A stretch of 62,949 nt of DNA, filler included, from Neolecta irregularis DAH-3 (GCA_001929475.1; 16 parts of 16 records of this genome joined end to end with filler, not necessarily neighbours in it); one strand, 5' to 3'; counted from the whole stretch's first letter, positions 26,321 to 39,850 are shown. Made by a program: numbers and translations. The notes: a model not told the origin generated them from the sequence alone.

Positions 26321-26632
26321 GTTGTCTGCTGCCGACTCGAGGGTTTTGTCTGCCGTGCCTGCCGTGCTTGTGCATACCCCTACAGACTCCAAACGGATGC
26401 CTGCCCGCGACCCCAGATCCTCGACAGTCACCGCCGTCGGGTCCAGCGGCACGCAGACACAGACGTGGGCTTTGCTGACCAGGCGGTCGTGCAGGATCGC
26501 CACCTGCGCCGCCGCAGAACGGCCTACTGTATACGTTGTCCCCGGTCGGAGCAGGTAGCGGGTGCGTGCAGTCCCAGGCGCGCCAGTCGCGCCAGGCGCT
26601 GCGAGTGAATCGACGACAAGCTGCCAGGGCAT
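26321..26632 (-). CDS. FHA-domain protein N-terminus, Nbs1-like (truncated by linker)
   Basis: MPW..., LLRPGTTYTVGR, D..VSKAH, VEDLGSRAG: FHA core motifs at the extreme N-terminus. Confidence 0.65.
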
Positions 26633-26660
26633 GGTGGTGCACTTTCTGTCGTCGCCCACC

Positions 26661-28381
26661 ATGTCGCTCCCCCTCGACTATGCCTCCGACTCGGACCGCG
26701 ATCGTCCATGCACACTGCCGCGCGTCGCCTGTGCGCCAGAAACAGCACTGGCAGATCCCATGCTGCAGCGCGCCCTCCTCCTCCAGGCCTCGGCCACAGA
26801 ACTCGCCGCCAGCGTCCCCTACTCCCATCTCTGCAAACCAGAATCCGGCCCCGCCCTCAACCCATACGCCTCAAAGTCCCTCTCCCGCAAAAACCTCATC
26901 ACCGGGTTTGCTGAAACAGAGTACATGAGCCCCGCCCATTTCGACAGTCTGCACCGCAGCTTCCTCAGGAAACGCCCACTCTCCCCCACACACCCCTCCC
27001 CCATCCACAACGCCCTCCTCGACACCCACTACCAAAAATTAGACGCTGCTGTCCTAAAAACAAAGCGCCAGAAGAAAGGCGACCCGGCAGTCATCGACGG
27101 CCACAACGCCTACCGCGGCCCCTGGGCAAAATACGAAAACATACACCCGGACCCTCCCCTTGACCTGTCAGACGAAAGCGACCACCAGCCTGCACCCCCG
27201 CCCCTCCCTGCAGAGAATCTCTCCCTCGACCCCCTGGTCCACGCTGACGAGTCCACTGCCTTTCACGGCCACTCAAAGACTGACTACCAAGGACGCTCTT
27301 ACATACACGTGCCCCAAGACCTCGATGTCAACCTCCTAAAACACCCCGGCCAACAGGAATGCTTCATTCCAAAAAAACACATACACTCCTGGAAAGGGCA
27401 CGACAAAGGCATCTCCGTCATCCGCTTCTTTCCAAAATCAGGCCATCTCCTGCTTTCGGCAAGCATGGACTCGAAAATTATGGTACCCTCTTCCCCCTCC
27501 CCTTTTTCACCCCCTAGCTGTGGGACGTCTACCACGAACGCAACCTCCTACGCTCTTTCTCAGGTCACGCAAAAGCCGTCCGCGACGTCGCATTCTCAGG
27601 CAACGGTCACACTTTTTTGAGCGCCAGTTATGATCGCATGGTCAAGCTGTGGGACACAGAGACAGGTTGCCCCCTTTCCTTTTGTATTAATCTCCAGGAA
27701 CATGTGTCTCCCGCTTCACAACCGGGAAACTCCCCTACGTTGTCAAATTCACCCCTACATCCGGCGATCAGAACGAGTTTCTAGTCGGCACCTCGGACAA
27801 AAAGATCGTCCAGTTTGACGTGAGAAGCGGCAACATCGTGCAGGAATACACACATCATACCGGTCCTGTCAATACAATCACCTTTGTCGACGACGACCGT
27901 CGCTTTGTAACAACCTCGGACGATAAATCGCTCCGCGCTTGGGAATACGGCATCCCCGTGCCAATAAAATACATCGCAGAGCCTTATATGCATTCAATGC
28001 CCTCGGTGGTGCTTCATCCTTCAGCAAAGTACATTGCCTGCCAGTCTCTCGACAACCAAATCGTCGTATATTCCGCATCAGACAGATTCAGACAGCAGAG
28101 AAGGAAAAATTACAGGGGCCATAATTGTGCTGGATATGCATTGCAAATCGATATTTCTTCAGATGGACGCTATCTGATGAGCGGGGTATAATCCCGTCCT
28201 CCCTATCGCTGATCCTCAGGATGCTGGTGGTTATGCTTGTTTCTGGGACTGGAAGACGTGCAAAATGTATAAAAAGTTTAAAGCTCACGATTCACCAGTC
28301 ATTTCAATGGCATGGCACCCACAAGAAACAAGCAAAGTAGTTACAGCCGCGTGGGACGGGTTGATAAAGTATTGGGATTAA
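26661..28381 (+). CDS. PRP17: Pre-mRNA step-II splicing factor Prp17/Cdc40 (WD40), 3 introns
   Basis: [50 protein letters not shown]. Confidence 0.95.
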
Positions 28382-28383
28382 CC

Positions 28384-31300
28384 TCATTCATTAAAAGCTA
28401 AAACATGCCAACAATCCGGAGACAGCAAAAGATATTGACTCATCGATTCTCGAAACCTGTTTTTGTATAATCGCGGCGTCACGACAGTCGGCTCTTTGCC
28501 GCCACGGCCAACAAACCCTCTCTCCTTGACCCAGCTTTCAAGTTTTTTATCCCACGTGTACGTTCTAATGTAATCAAACATAAGCAGCGACCGCTTCTTG
28601 ACATACCTATTATGCCAACCACAAGCTCATGCTGTTCGTCATCAATCCCAATAACAAGTGAATAGTCCATCACATTCACCTTGGCCAGGAAGAGAGTATC
28701 GTTCCAGAGCGACGCTCTTAATAGCCTTTTCGAGTGTTCACGTATAAATAACGGAGATTCGTAAATGACTAGACATGAGTCTTGACAACAAGATCCATAC
28801 ATTCTACCAAATTCTCGTCAAGCAAAACTTCGTTCTCTTTGCCCGTAGATTCCACATGTCGATTTCGCATGGAGCCTTTTAGATCGAAAATCTGCGCTTA
28901 GTCACTTGCAGGGGTCAAACATACTCGACTGACCTTTCGGTCGTAGAAAAGGTTTTCCATAACCATGATATTCATCTTTACTGTCTTTCCAGTGCTCGAA
29001 CTTCGAGTGTGGATCTGATAGAATCCCATGATTTTTGCCAATGCCGTCGGTAACTAAATGTAAGACCATCGCCGATTAACCAAAAAACTTCGTGGAAAAA
29101 AGCTTGGGCCATGAATTCAAAGTAGCACGGAGCAAATTTCATAAAGCTTTCTATTTCGAGTCTGGTCGTTCCTTTCAAAATGAATCGATTGTCTAGATTT
29201 AGAAAAGTGAAATGCTCAAGTACCATTAGTTTTGAGAAACGCAGAACCAGATTTCCCGCCCGATGAATCCCATTTCTTGCATCTAGCGAGTGACTGGATG
29301 AACGTTTCTGAGCAGCCGCATTGTTGTCTAAAGGCTTCAAATTGCTCGGCATAAAAGACCTTGCAAACCATCCTTGACTCGCCATCTTGGACTTCTACAT
29401 ATCAGCTCACTTGCAAAGTAACACATACCGCACTTCATGTGCGTTGCCGTTCCCTTTAATAAAATAGATTCCAACTCATTCACCGGTGGCAATTCTCTCG
29501 GACTGGTTCTCATACTCGAGATTTGATTCAGGTAAGCAGGACTCGCAAGAGTGAATGCGATCAAAGAACTCGGCTCGTCTTCTCGAACAACCACATCTGA
29601 ATCAGCGAATAAATGCTCAGATGGTGCTCTAATCGGTCAGCATGAAGAGATCAAATGACTACAATGCAGGTTCAAGGGGACTCCAGGTCGCTGCAGATCT
29701 ATCGGCCAGAAAATTCGTCAAGGTCTTCATGAACGAAGACTTTTCGAGGCATGGCCCGGCAAGCTCGCTGTCGCTGATGTGTCCGGTCGAATCAGGCGGA
29801 TACACAATCATTTGATTTCCGTCAACATATGGTCCAATCGGAGAAAGAATTTCAATGCATTCATCTACTGGTTTATTCTTGCTCAACGGATCTAAATTTG
29901 GTGCACTATCTTGCTGAATATCTTCGTCCTCGTCGTCCCAATGCTCATCTTCTGCTCCCTTGGAGTTGCTAAAGACTTCAATCATCGGCTTACAAGGTCC
30001 AATCGGTAAAGAACGAGGGATGCTGGCACGCAACACTTTGCGTTCTCGTGCCTTTTGCTGCTCGAATTCTTCACTTAGTTTGTTAAAGTGTCTGGTCAGA
30101 CTCGAAACCTTGGTAGCGCTGGAAGCTGGGAATAAGCGTGTTTGCTTGGCAAGTGCTGAGCGAACAAAACGGGCTTTTGGAGGAGGAAAGTGGTCTTGAG
30201 AATTGGCAAGTACTACTCGATCGCCCTCCCCGTGTTTGGGTTTCGATCGGGTGAAAACATTTGATACTTTTTGCCGAGGCTTGGAAAGCGAGTCCTCCTT
30301 GACTTTGCGTACCGGAGAACGTTCAGGATGCTTTAAAGTTTGGCCAGGCTGCTTAAAGTTTCGGAGCGAAGAGTCGTGTAGCTTTGACAGTTGTCGTAAT
30401 TTGCCATGCCCTCTGGTGTGTGATTCAGGACTGCATTCCCCAGAAGTTTGTAGAGGTGTATCTATAGAATCAGATCTCAGAGTTTCGTCATCAGTTTTGT
30501 CTCCGTCCGTGGGACAAGTCTTGGGTACAAGATTATCTGCCAAGGTTTCCTCCTCGGGAACGATGACGGGAGATGCACGACTTGATTCGCTCAAATCCTT
30601 TTCGTCTGCATGTACGGTCGTAATTTCAGATTCAATTTCAAAAGACGGCTTCTCAGTTGTCTCGCTGGAATAAGGCGAGTCCCGCTCAGCGAAAAGTTTT
30701 CGAAACTGCATGGCGGTCAAATGACGTATATCCTTATCCGATAAGAAGAAACGATCGTCAAGATCTGCAAAGTACCGATCCCATTTAATAACACGCTCTT
30801 GAAGTCCTCGGAATGCCTTGCTCAAACTTAATGAGTCGCGGATACCCGAGTTTACAAATGTCTCACGCAATTGAGAATGCAATAATTGACGATCTTCCAG
30901 AGATAGCTTTTGTAAACGCAATATTTCAGACTGACACGGCTCAATTTTGTCGGCTGGAATTTTGTCCGTTCGAATTGACTTGCACCGTTTTTCCACAGAA
31001 TCAAAGAACCGACTAATTCGTCCCTCTAGTAAATTGTATTCTTCGAATTTTGAAACAAGAAGCGACTGTAATTTCCATTCGAGCGTAAGATTTGGCACCG
31101 ATACTCCAAACAGCTGGATTGAATCATATTCGAATCGAACAGCCCAATTTTGATATCCAAAGTACCGCAAGTGATCGCGATTGATGTTGTGCGGACACAT
31201 GCCGGCACGAGTCTTCAATCCCGTGTCGTAGAACGAGAGTTCGAGAAATTTTCCAAAAGAGTATTTCCAAGTATTCTCCGGCATCGCTGTAACAGGCAAA

Positions 31301-34300
31301 TTCAATTTGCAGATTTTACAATAGCTCCACATCAAGATGCTTTCTTGCATTCCAGGGAGTGGACTCGGGACTTTTTCAAGCACGACACTTACCCGGGCGT
31401 CTCCGTGAACGTAGCATCGATAATGCTCAAAAGATCGCTTATCACATCCATTAGCTGTACAGATAGCGTGAGACTCAAAGCTCATGTCTTCGACATATTG
31501 ACCCAAAGCACAATCACTTTCGCGATAATATTCGATCGCGTGAATTTCTGGTCCTTGACAGGGAACAGCAGTAACAGAGCAGACCGTTGAAAAAAGTACG
31601 ACCAGATTCTGATGGACTAGGGGGCTGAGTATATCTGGTGTTTGCGATAGAAATGAGGTCCACTGTTTTTCGCGTTCCATTAGCAGATGCATGGCCTTTT
31701 TGAAAACTGACGTGCGTAGCGCATTGCGTATAGTAATCTCGAGGATATCTTTCCACTGAGTATCCAGAGATACTGGAATGTAATTCTCTGCAACTTGTTT
31801 CATAACTACTAGAGCGTCCTCTATTGGATGCAACACTTCCAATGACTGGTTAACACCGTTATCTTTCATACTATAAGCTTCGCGGCTTGAATCAAGCATG
31901 AATTGGAGAAGATATGGCACAGGAAACTTGACGACTGGTGAAACAGATAAAATCGTGGCATCGAATTTAGCGATCGCGGACTGTGCCTTGTCTCTGGATC
32001 CTGGACGTGAAAGAGGAAACTCGATCTTGTGGTCTATTCTTGTCGATTCAGTGGTAGGATCAACCTCCACGCTGACGGGCAATAGTGCAAACTGATCTCG
32101 TATAAGGGCAGTTTCCAATTTCAAATTGTTTACGGCAAATACCATGAAATCCAAGACACGTTTGACGTTTGTGAGGAAATCCATAGAAGCGCCACGGAGA
32201 ATAACTGTACATCCAAGTTCTTCTCGACAGCCTTCTAGCCACATGAATGACTTTTTATGCCCGGGAAAATCATCACACAAATACGTTCGTACAGAAATCT
32301 TTGAACATTTACCAACTTTAGGACCGAAAGCAAGTCGATCGATCGATGCGATGATATGAGCTTGCGTTAGACGAGCGACAGCTTGCAACACTGGCATTTT
32401 GACGTTGTAAGCAACTGCGATATTTGCTTCATCGAGAAACTTCAAGGCGATGCCTGAAACGCTTCCTTCGACGAGGACAATATGTGGTCGAAGCGCGATG
32501 ATGCGGTTCACTAGATTTCGGAGGTACTCGTGTTCCTGGGCGATGACTGGTTCCAATGACATGAGCTTTGGTTCTTCACGGTGATATTCGATGGGGAATG
32601 CAATTATAACGATTCGAGGACTGTCGATAGACCGAGACATTCGCTTAAGCGCTAGGTTCTTGGTAAACACAATACCATTAATATAACGAGTATCTTTGGG
32701 ACTGCCTCCAGAAATTCGTTTGATTTTTGCATAATGACGAATATCGAGATCGTCGCCATTGCGAACATCTGGACGAATTGTGTCGGAAATCTTCAACAAG
32801 ATGGGCATTAATGCGTCTTCCCATGGAGCAGTCGGTTCAGGCGTTATTTCTTGTAATAACTGGATTAAAAGACGACGAAGGTGCTGTAGAGATGCGGCAT
32901 TGAGTTCGACGGTTGGACCAGCCACTGGTTTTGCAGCTATTGGTCGAGAAACTTTGATTGGGGTTGTTGAATTCTGCGCGGCAGCTAATTTCAAGTTATC
33001 GAGAGACTGCAAGCTTGTGCTCAAGCGATGAATAAGGCTCTTGGATTTAGCTCTGACCGGCCGAGCTTGGCTGATAGTATTGCGACGGGTGTTTTGAAGA
33101 ACAGGACCGACATTTGATCGAACATCAGAGGCTGCAATGCGAAGCCTGCTATTGTTTCTGCGCTGGTTTACTCGTGGTGGTCTACCGAGGCGTGTAGATT
33201 CGGCAATGGAAACTGCGTCGGCCGGTTTGGCCATGATGGCGGAAAATAACGAAATACTCGGATCATCTTCTGCTTCTTCATCGCTCATATAAGGCGCGAG
33301 TTCTGGATCGACGATTGAGTGGGGATGGACTGTAGGGAAATTCCCATCTTCGTCTATCGCGTATCTCCGAAATGGCGCCGGTGTGGCTACGAAATCATCG
33401 TTCGCGAATGCCCATTTATGGCGACCAGATGCATATGTAGCTGGCACGTTAAGACGAGACCTTGCAGAAAAGGACTTTGAAGAAGATGGCCTAGGTTTTC
33501 CAGATTCGACATCATGTATTGCGGGAAATTCTACAGTACGGTGTTGAGTATTTGTTCCATCGTCGCCAGCCACTCGTGTTGCGGGGATGGCCATCATTGG
33601 AGTTGATACTGGTTGTTGATCAGGACCAAGTGAGAAGGGATTAGTGTCGTATGAATAGGAAGATACTGGAGTGAGAGATTGAGGCGGCTGAGCGAAATTG
33701 TCGTCAGTTTCATGGTATTGATCCATAATTTGAAGGCATGTCTTGCATACGCGAAGGAATTGACTTGAATTGCCGATACGGAAGCGGCCGCCTGTAATCA
33801 TGGCGGTACATTTTGAGCAAAATATTTGTCCTAGGGTTTAGTATCGATGGCGATATATATTATTACCACAAATTCCTGACAGTTAGCGAAATTGAGTCTA
33901 GACATACGGCAATGATGTTTGCGTCTCCAAGCTGTGAATGAAGAGTCGCATAGAAAACAAGCATGGCAATTCTCGTTTTTCATCCAATACTCTCTGCCCA
34001 GATGACCAGTCTTTAGTCTATCCAAAACATGGAGAACGGTAGTTTGTGGTGTCAAAACAAAGTTTATAGATTGAGATTCGGATTCGCTTGACGGTTCTCT
34101 TTCTAGTGCAAATCCGGGTAAATGCTGCATTACTTTTGTGAAGATTGGTTGTGATGGTGGAGGAGGACCGGTAAAGGTTGGACGATTCAAGTTGAGTGTT
34201 TCAGCGGGGTTTTTGGACGATACAGTAACGGGGGCAAGGACGGGTTCTAGATGGTTTCTGGCCCTGTTCACATTAATTTTTTCTTTTCGAGGCTCATCCA

Positions 34301-34685
34301 AGCTCGAACGTGATGATTGGATGGATCCTGCAGGAGTAGAGGCATGTGCTGGAACGGACTTTTTAGGGGTGTGAAAGGGAGAAGGGGAGTGGATCTGGGG
34401 CAAACCGGGCAGACCTATGCTGACGGGGCTTGGGGGAGGCAGCACTGATGGGGCGGGCGAAGTGGGAGAGGACAAGCTGCGCTGTAGGCCTGTTTTGACT
34501 TTTGAGTAGAGACGGTCGATCAACGACGAGTCATGGAGGTCGACAATAGTGATTTTTCGATGTGTGGGAGCCGAGTACGTGTCAGGGAAACTGGTTAGTG
34601 AAGAGTCATGGAGGTCGACACTGGTGGTTTTTCTGTGTGTGGGAGCCGAGTACGTGTCAGGAAAACTGGTTAGCGAAGAGGCCAT
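28384..34685 (-). CDS. FAB1: 1-Phosphatidylinositol-3-phosphate 5-kinase (FYVE, CCT-like, PIPK), about 9 introns
   Basis: WM...CFLC...[63 protein letters not shown]. Confidence 0.97.
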
Positions 34686-34766
34686 GGCATTTGAGTGTGC
34701 ACTGGGGAAAAGGATGGGGTATTAATCACGTGTAAATATCAACTCGGAAACCCAGACAACTCGCAC

Positions 34767-36389
34767 ATGGCAAATCTGCAGCGGAACCCATGGCTTAAAA
34801 AAGCAGTGCTTAATGTGTTGCAGTCCCAGCAGACACCCTGGACGCATGCACCTCCGCCCTGCGATATGCCTGCAGTCGACTTCAAGGCAAAATCCGTCTT
34901 GCAGATCTACACCTTTTCAACATATAGCGATCCCGGTAACCCAACAATACTGTGTACCGGCTATGTTTCGGATACCGAGGTGTTTGTAAAGTTTGTTTTG
35001 TCTAAACAAGGCGCAAAGGACTGCGAAGAGCGGGTACCCTACAAAGGAAATAATTGACATGTAGAAAGGCCAAGATGCGTATTAGTAAACTGAGGGGTGC
35101 ACAGATATTTGTACGCGATGCACGGCTCTGTCTCGAGCGAGGACTCAGAGGTCAAGATTTATTGCCTATTATCTGGATCGAGCGGTGCAATTACATTGGA
35201 AATGCCGGTGAAAGTATTTATGGGGAGCCCCGCAATATCCTAAACGATCCTTCAGTACACGATGCTTTGAGGGCATCCCATATTAAAAGGTGATTTCATC
35301 CTCGGATGTTTTTATACAAAGATTATTTTCGCACCAGTCTGTTGAAGAGGATAATCCAGAAGAATTGCGATCTCAGCTGTCGTATTCAAGTGATTCAACG
35401 GTAGAGGTGCGGTTCATTTGCTGTGTTGACATAACAGACCGAGTTTTGCACACAGGCGCCTATGATTGAGACGCAATCGAGTGTAAAGTCTGCGAATATT
35501 ACTACACAATCGAGTGTAAAGTTGATCAGGAATCGACACCCTGGATGGATGGTATTAATTTTAAAAACATCTTTAAGTCTAGGGATTGGATCTTGATTAT
35601 CATGACACTTGTATTCCTGTTGAACAGGAGGAGATTCTCAGCAAGATATCAGGTAGGATGTATGTGATTAAGCTGATGATAGCATGGATGGACTCTGTAA
35701 ACGTTTCCGTGCCGTTGCCTACAGATAATTTTAGGGAGACGTCATACGTTGACTATTCCAAGGATCTTGATGAGATTAGCCTTCCGGCGAGTAGTTGTGA
35801 TGATGCAGTCGAGACAGGGAATGAGGAAGTTGCAGAGTCTGCGATGGATATGGAATGGCCGGAGAGTGAAGGATCTAGAAAAGAGAACGATGAATTATAT
35901 AAAGAGGACAAAGAAGAGGGATTACAGGAGGGTCAAGAGAAGAGATTACAGGAGGGCAGAGAAGAAGGATTACAGGAGGGTCAAGAGAAGATATTACAGG
36001 AGGGCAGAGAAGAGGGATTACAAGAGGGTCAAGAGAAGATATTGCAGGAGGGCAAAGAAGAGGGATTGCAGGACGGTGAAGAAGGATCAAAAGAAAGATC
36101 AGATCAAATGGAGAGCAACGTCAACGAATCCAACATCGACGAATCAAACAAAGAAATGGACGAATCTTTCGAATCTATCAAAAATAAAAAAGGAAAACCC
36201 CCGATAGTACCAATTATGGAGAGCATCGAGGATATCACTATTGAGGATATTATATGGAGGGATCAAGTTGAATTTCTTGCCAAACAAGAAAAAAAGGAAA
36301 AGAAGAGAAAGCGCAATGTAGAGTTTACCAAATTTGAAGAGTTGTGGGATTGGGTGATGCCTCGTATGGTGAGAGAGTATATTTTATAA
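34767..36389 (+). CDS. Shelterin TPP1/Tpz1/Est3-like OB-fold protein, about 5 introns
   Basis: PWL...LQI...VSDTEVFVKFVLSKQG...RGAQI...IYGEPRNI pattern of the TPP1/Est3 OB fold; IPVEQEEIL...W motif; acidic linker. Confidence 0.65.
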
Positions 36390-36541
36390 TATCAAATGAT
36401 ATTTTGAAATACATGATATTTTGTGATTTCAAATTTTATATTACTTTGGAATTGCAAACGAGACGTGGGAACATATTTATAGCTCTATGACCCCATGTCT
36501 CGACGTCGATCGTCTGTTAACTCACCACCACAACGCCCGCC

Positions 36542-37523
36542 ATGAGTCGCTCTACTCCCCGCAACAGCTCACAACAGGCTCATTTGTATCAGTTCAAGCT
36601 CGTGCTCCTCGGTATTTCTATTGTGGTTGATGCAATTGAGAATAACTCGATTTTTAGGTGAATCAGCTGTCGGGAAGGTATCTGCTCGGGTTTTAATCCT
36701 GTCATTCTCTAACAGCTTTTTTTGTAGAGCAGTCTAGTATTGCGTTTTGTCAAGGATCTATTCGACGACTACAGGGAGAGTACTATTGGTGGTAAGTTTG
36801 TGATATTTGACAGAGTGCTGATTCGCTTTGCAGCGGCATTTTTAACTCAAACAATACCTCTTGATGAAAATACAACGATCAAGTTTGAAATATGGCATAT
36901 TTCTTTTTCTTGGAGTTTTGCGGTTGATAATGCTTCTAGGGATACTGCTGGTCAAGAACGTTATAAATCTCTCGCCCCTATGTACTGTATGCTTTGCTGA
37001 GGAATGGTCCATTGCTTATTACCTAGATCGTAATGCCAACTGTGCAGTTGTCGTTTATGATATCACTCAAACTGTAAGATCTTGAGATTTTCTGATTTTG
37101 TTGATTTCTTCAGACTTCATTAGAAAAGGCCAAGGCGTGGGTTAAAGAGCTTCAGCGTCAAGCAAATGATGATCTTGTCATTGCCTTGGCCGGGAATAAA
37201 TCTGATTTGCAGGACCGACGTGAAGTCTCGACCGAGGTATTTCACCGTATTAACCAACCATATTGATCAATGAAAGGAAGCTCAAGCATATGCGACCGAA
37301 GCTGGTTTATTGTTTCTTGAAACTTCTGCAAAGACCAATGAAAACGTCAAAGAGCTTTTCCATTGCATTGGTTGATTTATTACTTTTTGGTCGTTGTATT
37401 GACCGATTAGCTCGAAAGCTGCCGCTTGACAAGCAGCGTGGTCGTAGTGCCACACAAGCCCGAGGAGTCGATTTATCTAGAAACACTTTACGCAGTCAAG
37501 GAGGTGGTGGATGTAATTGTTAG
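36542..37523 (+). CDS. YPT5: Rab5-family GTPase, 8 introns
   Basis: [46 protein letters not shown]-terminal CNC prenylation motif. Confidence 0.95.
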
Positions 37524-37602
37524 GATTTTTCATAAATTGGATTGGTGCTGGGAGCTGCTGCGGATGCTATGGTCTATGATACAAAGTTATTACTGTTTTT
37601 CC

Positions 37603-38197
37603 TCAGATATCCCGCGATCTCCAATTTTCTAGCGGATCGTTGTCGGTGTTATCGTCATCTTGGTCGGACTCTTGTGTGATCTCTAGTTCTTCCTGTTGTG
37701 TTTGTTGTGATGGAAGATGTGCACGTTTTTGCTTTAGTTTAGAGACTCTAGCTTCAAAGGAATCCTGGTATTTAATAGAAATCACAAATGAAGAGCACCT
37801 GTAATTGGAACTCTTGTGCTAGTTCCATTCGAGCTTCAGATTCGGGGTCGTCCTTTTCTAGAGCAACTGGACCTGTTTCGATGGGACGTTGTGTAGAAGC
37901 AATATCTGCTTGGAATGCGGCCCATTCGTGGTCCAAAGTTGAGGGCTGACCCGTATCGCTACCGTCAAAAAACCCATCTGGAAGCACTCCAGATGCAGCG
38001 ACGCCTGGCGCCCGTTTTTCTTGTATAGTTGGTCCTTGGGTGCGAGATCGTTTTGATTTCGAGAGATGTTCGTCCTCTGCTGCACGTCGTTTAGACGAGC
38101 CAGGGGGAAGGAAATTATGGACATCTTGATTTGCGTTTACTTTGCGTATGACGCTGCTAAAGGCGTTATAAGTACTCAGCACAGAAGAATGACCCAT
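37603..38197 (-). CDS. ZNF830/CCDC16-like spliceosome-associated protein, 1 intron
   Basis: LPDGFFD, EWAAFQADI, acidic stretch followed by NWRSR; no N-terminal zinc finger visible. Confidence 0.6.
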
Positions 38198-38303
38198 GAT
38201 TGAGAAGAGGGGAGTTTAATATCCACGTGCATCAAAATCTATCTGTACACACGTGCATCAAATATATCTGTATATCAAAAGTATACAGTGAATCAAACTA
38301 AAG

Positions 38304-39822
38304 TCATTCTATATTTATTTGGAGAGCTTGCAGGGTTGCTTCGGCAGCGATAATCTAGAATTAGCACGGACATTATGATTCGTACCTCTAGGGCCTGTTT
38401 TACTTCTAGGTGACGACGAGCCATGGTTAGCCAGTCTTGTGCAAGGAGTCTCGGCCAACCAGAAAGCTGGTTGATTTCGCGGGCAGCTTGGTCTAGATTA
38501 CTGTTTTCGAGATGGAATTCTACTCGTGCGAGGATACTGGGTATATCATTATCCTGTGGGAGACCTCTTTTGCGGAAGAGGAACTTTGAAAAGATTGTGC
38601 TTGATGCGTGGCCGGCGACACCCGAGTTTTCGGGCAGGAGACCTGTAGACTTGATTGCGTGTGCGAGTTTGTGGAAGCGGTGGTTGAGGGCTGTAAGAGG
38701 TTCTATTGCTTGATTTGGGTCCACGGAGGAGAGTGCGGTGCGAACGAGGGCGTTTTTTCCTGAAACACAGGTGAGTGCGTGGAGTTCATTAGAGAATGAC
38801 GACTGTTGATCGATGGCGGTGTGCAAAGCGCCAAGGGCGAGAGAGAGTTTTTGTGATTTTATAAAAGAGTCGAATAGGGCGTTTTGGGATGCGGAGAGTG
38901 TAGAGAGTTGGAGGAGGCCCTTTTGCAGAGCGTCCAAGCGTGCGAGGCGGTTTCCGCGTTCTTGTTCGATGCGTGCTTTTAGTTGGCGATTCCATCTGCG
39001 TTGAGCACGTATTTGCAGATCTGCAAGTTCATTTTGGAGTTTTTGGTGGGCGACATTTTGAATGTTTAGGATTTCAGCGCCCAGGCGTCGCTCATAGTCT
39101 CTTGTAAGATTTTCGCGTTCTATTTCCAATTCTCTTGCCCATCGCTGTTGCTGGAACTGGGTTGCTTTGTCTAGCTCAGCAGACTTTTCATGGAAAGAAG
39201 CGACTAAATTTGCGAGGTCTATATCTGTGGAGTCTTGCAGAATATTTGCGAGGGAAGCGATGAGTGATTTTGAATCGGTGAGGATAGCGGGGGAAGGAGG
39301 AGAGTTTACGTTTGCAGCGTCGATGATTGCATTTAAGTTGACCAGGAGAGGATGCAAGCGGGGGTCGTGGCCGGCCAAGTTTATGGGTTGGATGGGGGAA
39401 GGGGAAAAGCGGGAAGAGGGAGTCTGGGGAGCGGGGAGGAGGGAGGTTATGTAGGCGATGGAGCGGTCAGCGGTGGGGATGTGAGTTACGAGCCAGTCAG
39501 CGAGGGAGTCGTTGTGGAGGGAAGAGTAGATGGCAGCGGCGTAGGCGGCGAGGAGGGAGAGAGCAGAGAGAGCAGCGAGCGAGAGTTTTGAGCGGGAGCG
39601 AGCGGAGGGAGGGGTAGATGGAGGGGTAGCATGGATAGATGGAGGGGTGGTAGCAGGGGCAGCAGGTGGAGGAGTATGGAGAGAGGGAGGGGAAGTAGGA
39701 CGGGCACCAGGTGGAGAAGGAGTATGGAGAGAGGGAGGGATAGATGGAGGGGTAGTATGGAGAGAGGGAGGGAGTGAGCGGATGGGACGACAGACACGCA
39801 GACTTTGGCGGAGGAGAGGCAT
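38304..39822 (-). CDS. MIC60: MICOS subunit Mic60/mitofilin, 1 intron
   Basis: Presequence [12 protein letters not shown], transmembrane segment, coiled coil [32 protein letters not shown] mitofilin domain. Confidence 0.93.
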
Positions 39823-39850
39823 TGGGGCAGACACGCCGACTTGGAGCAAC

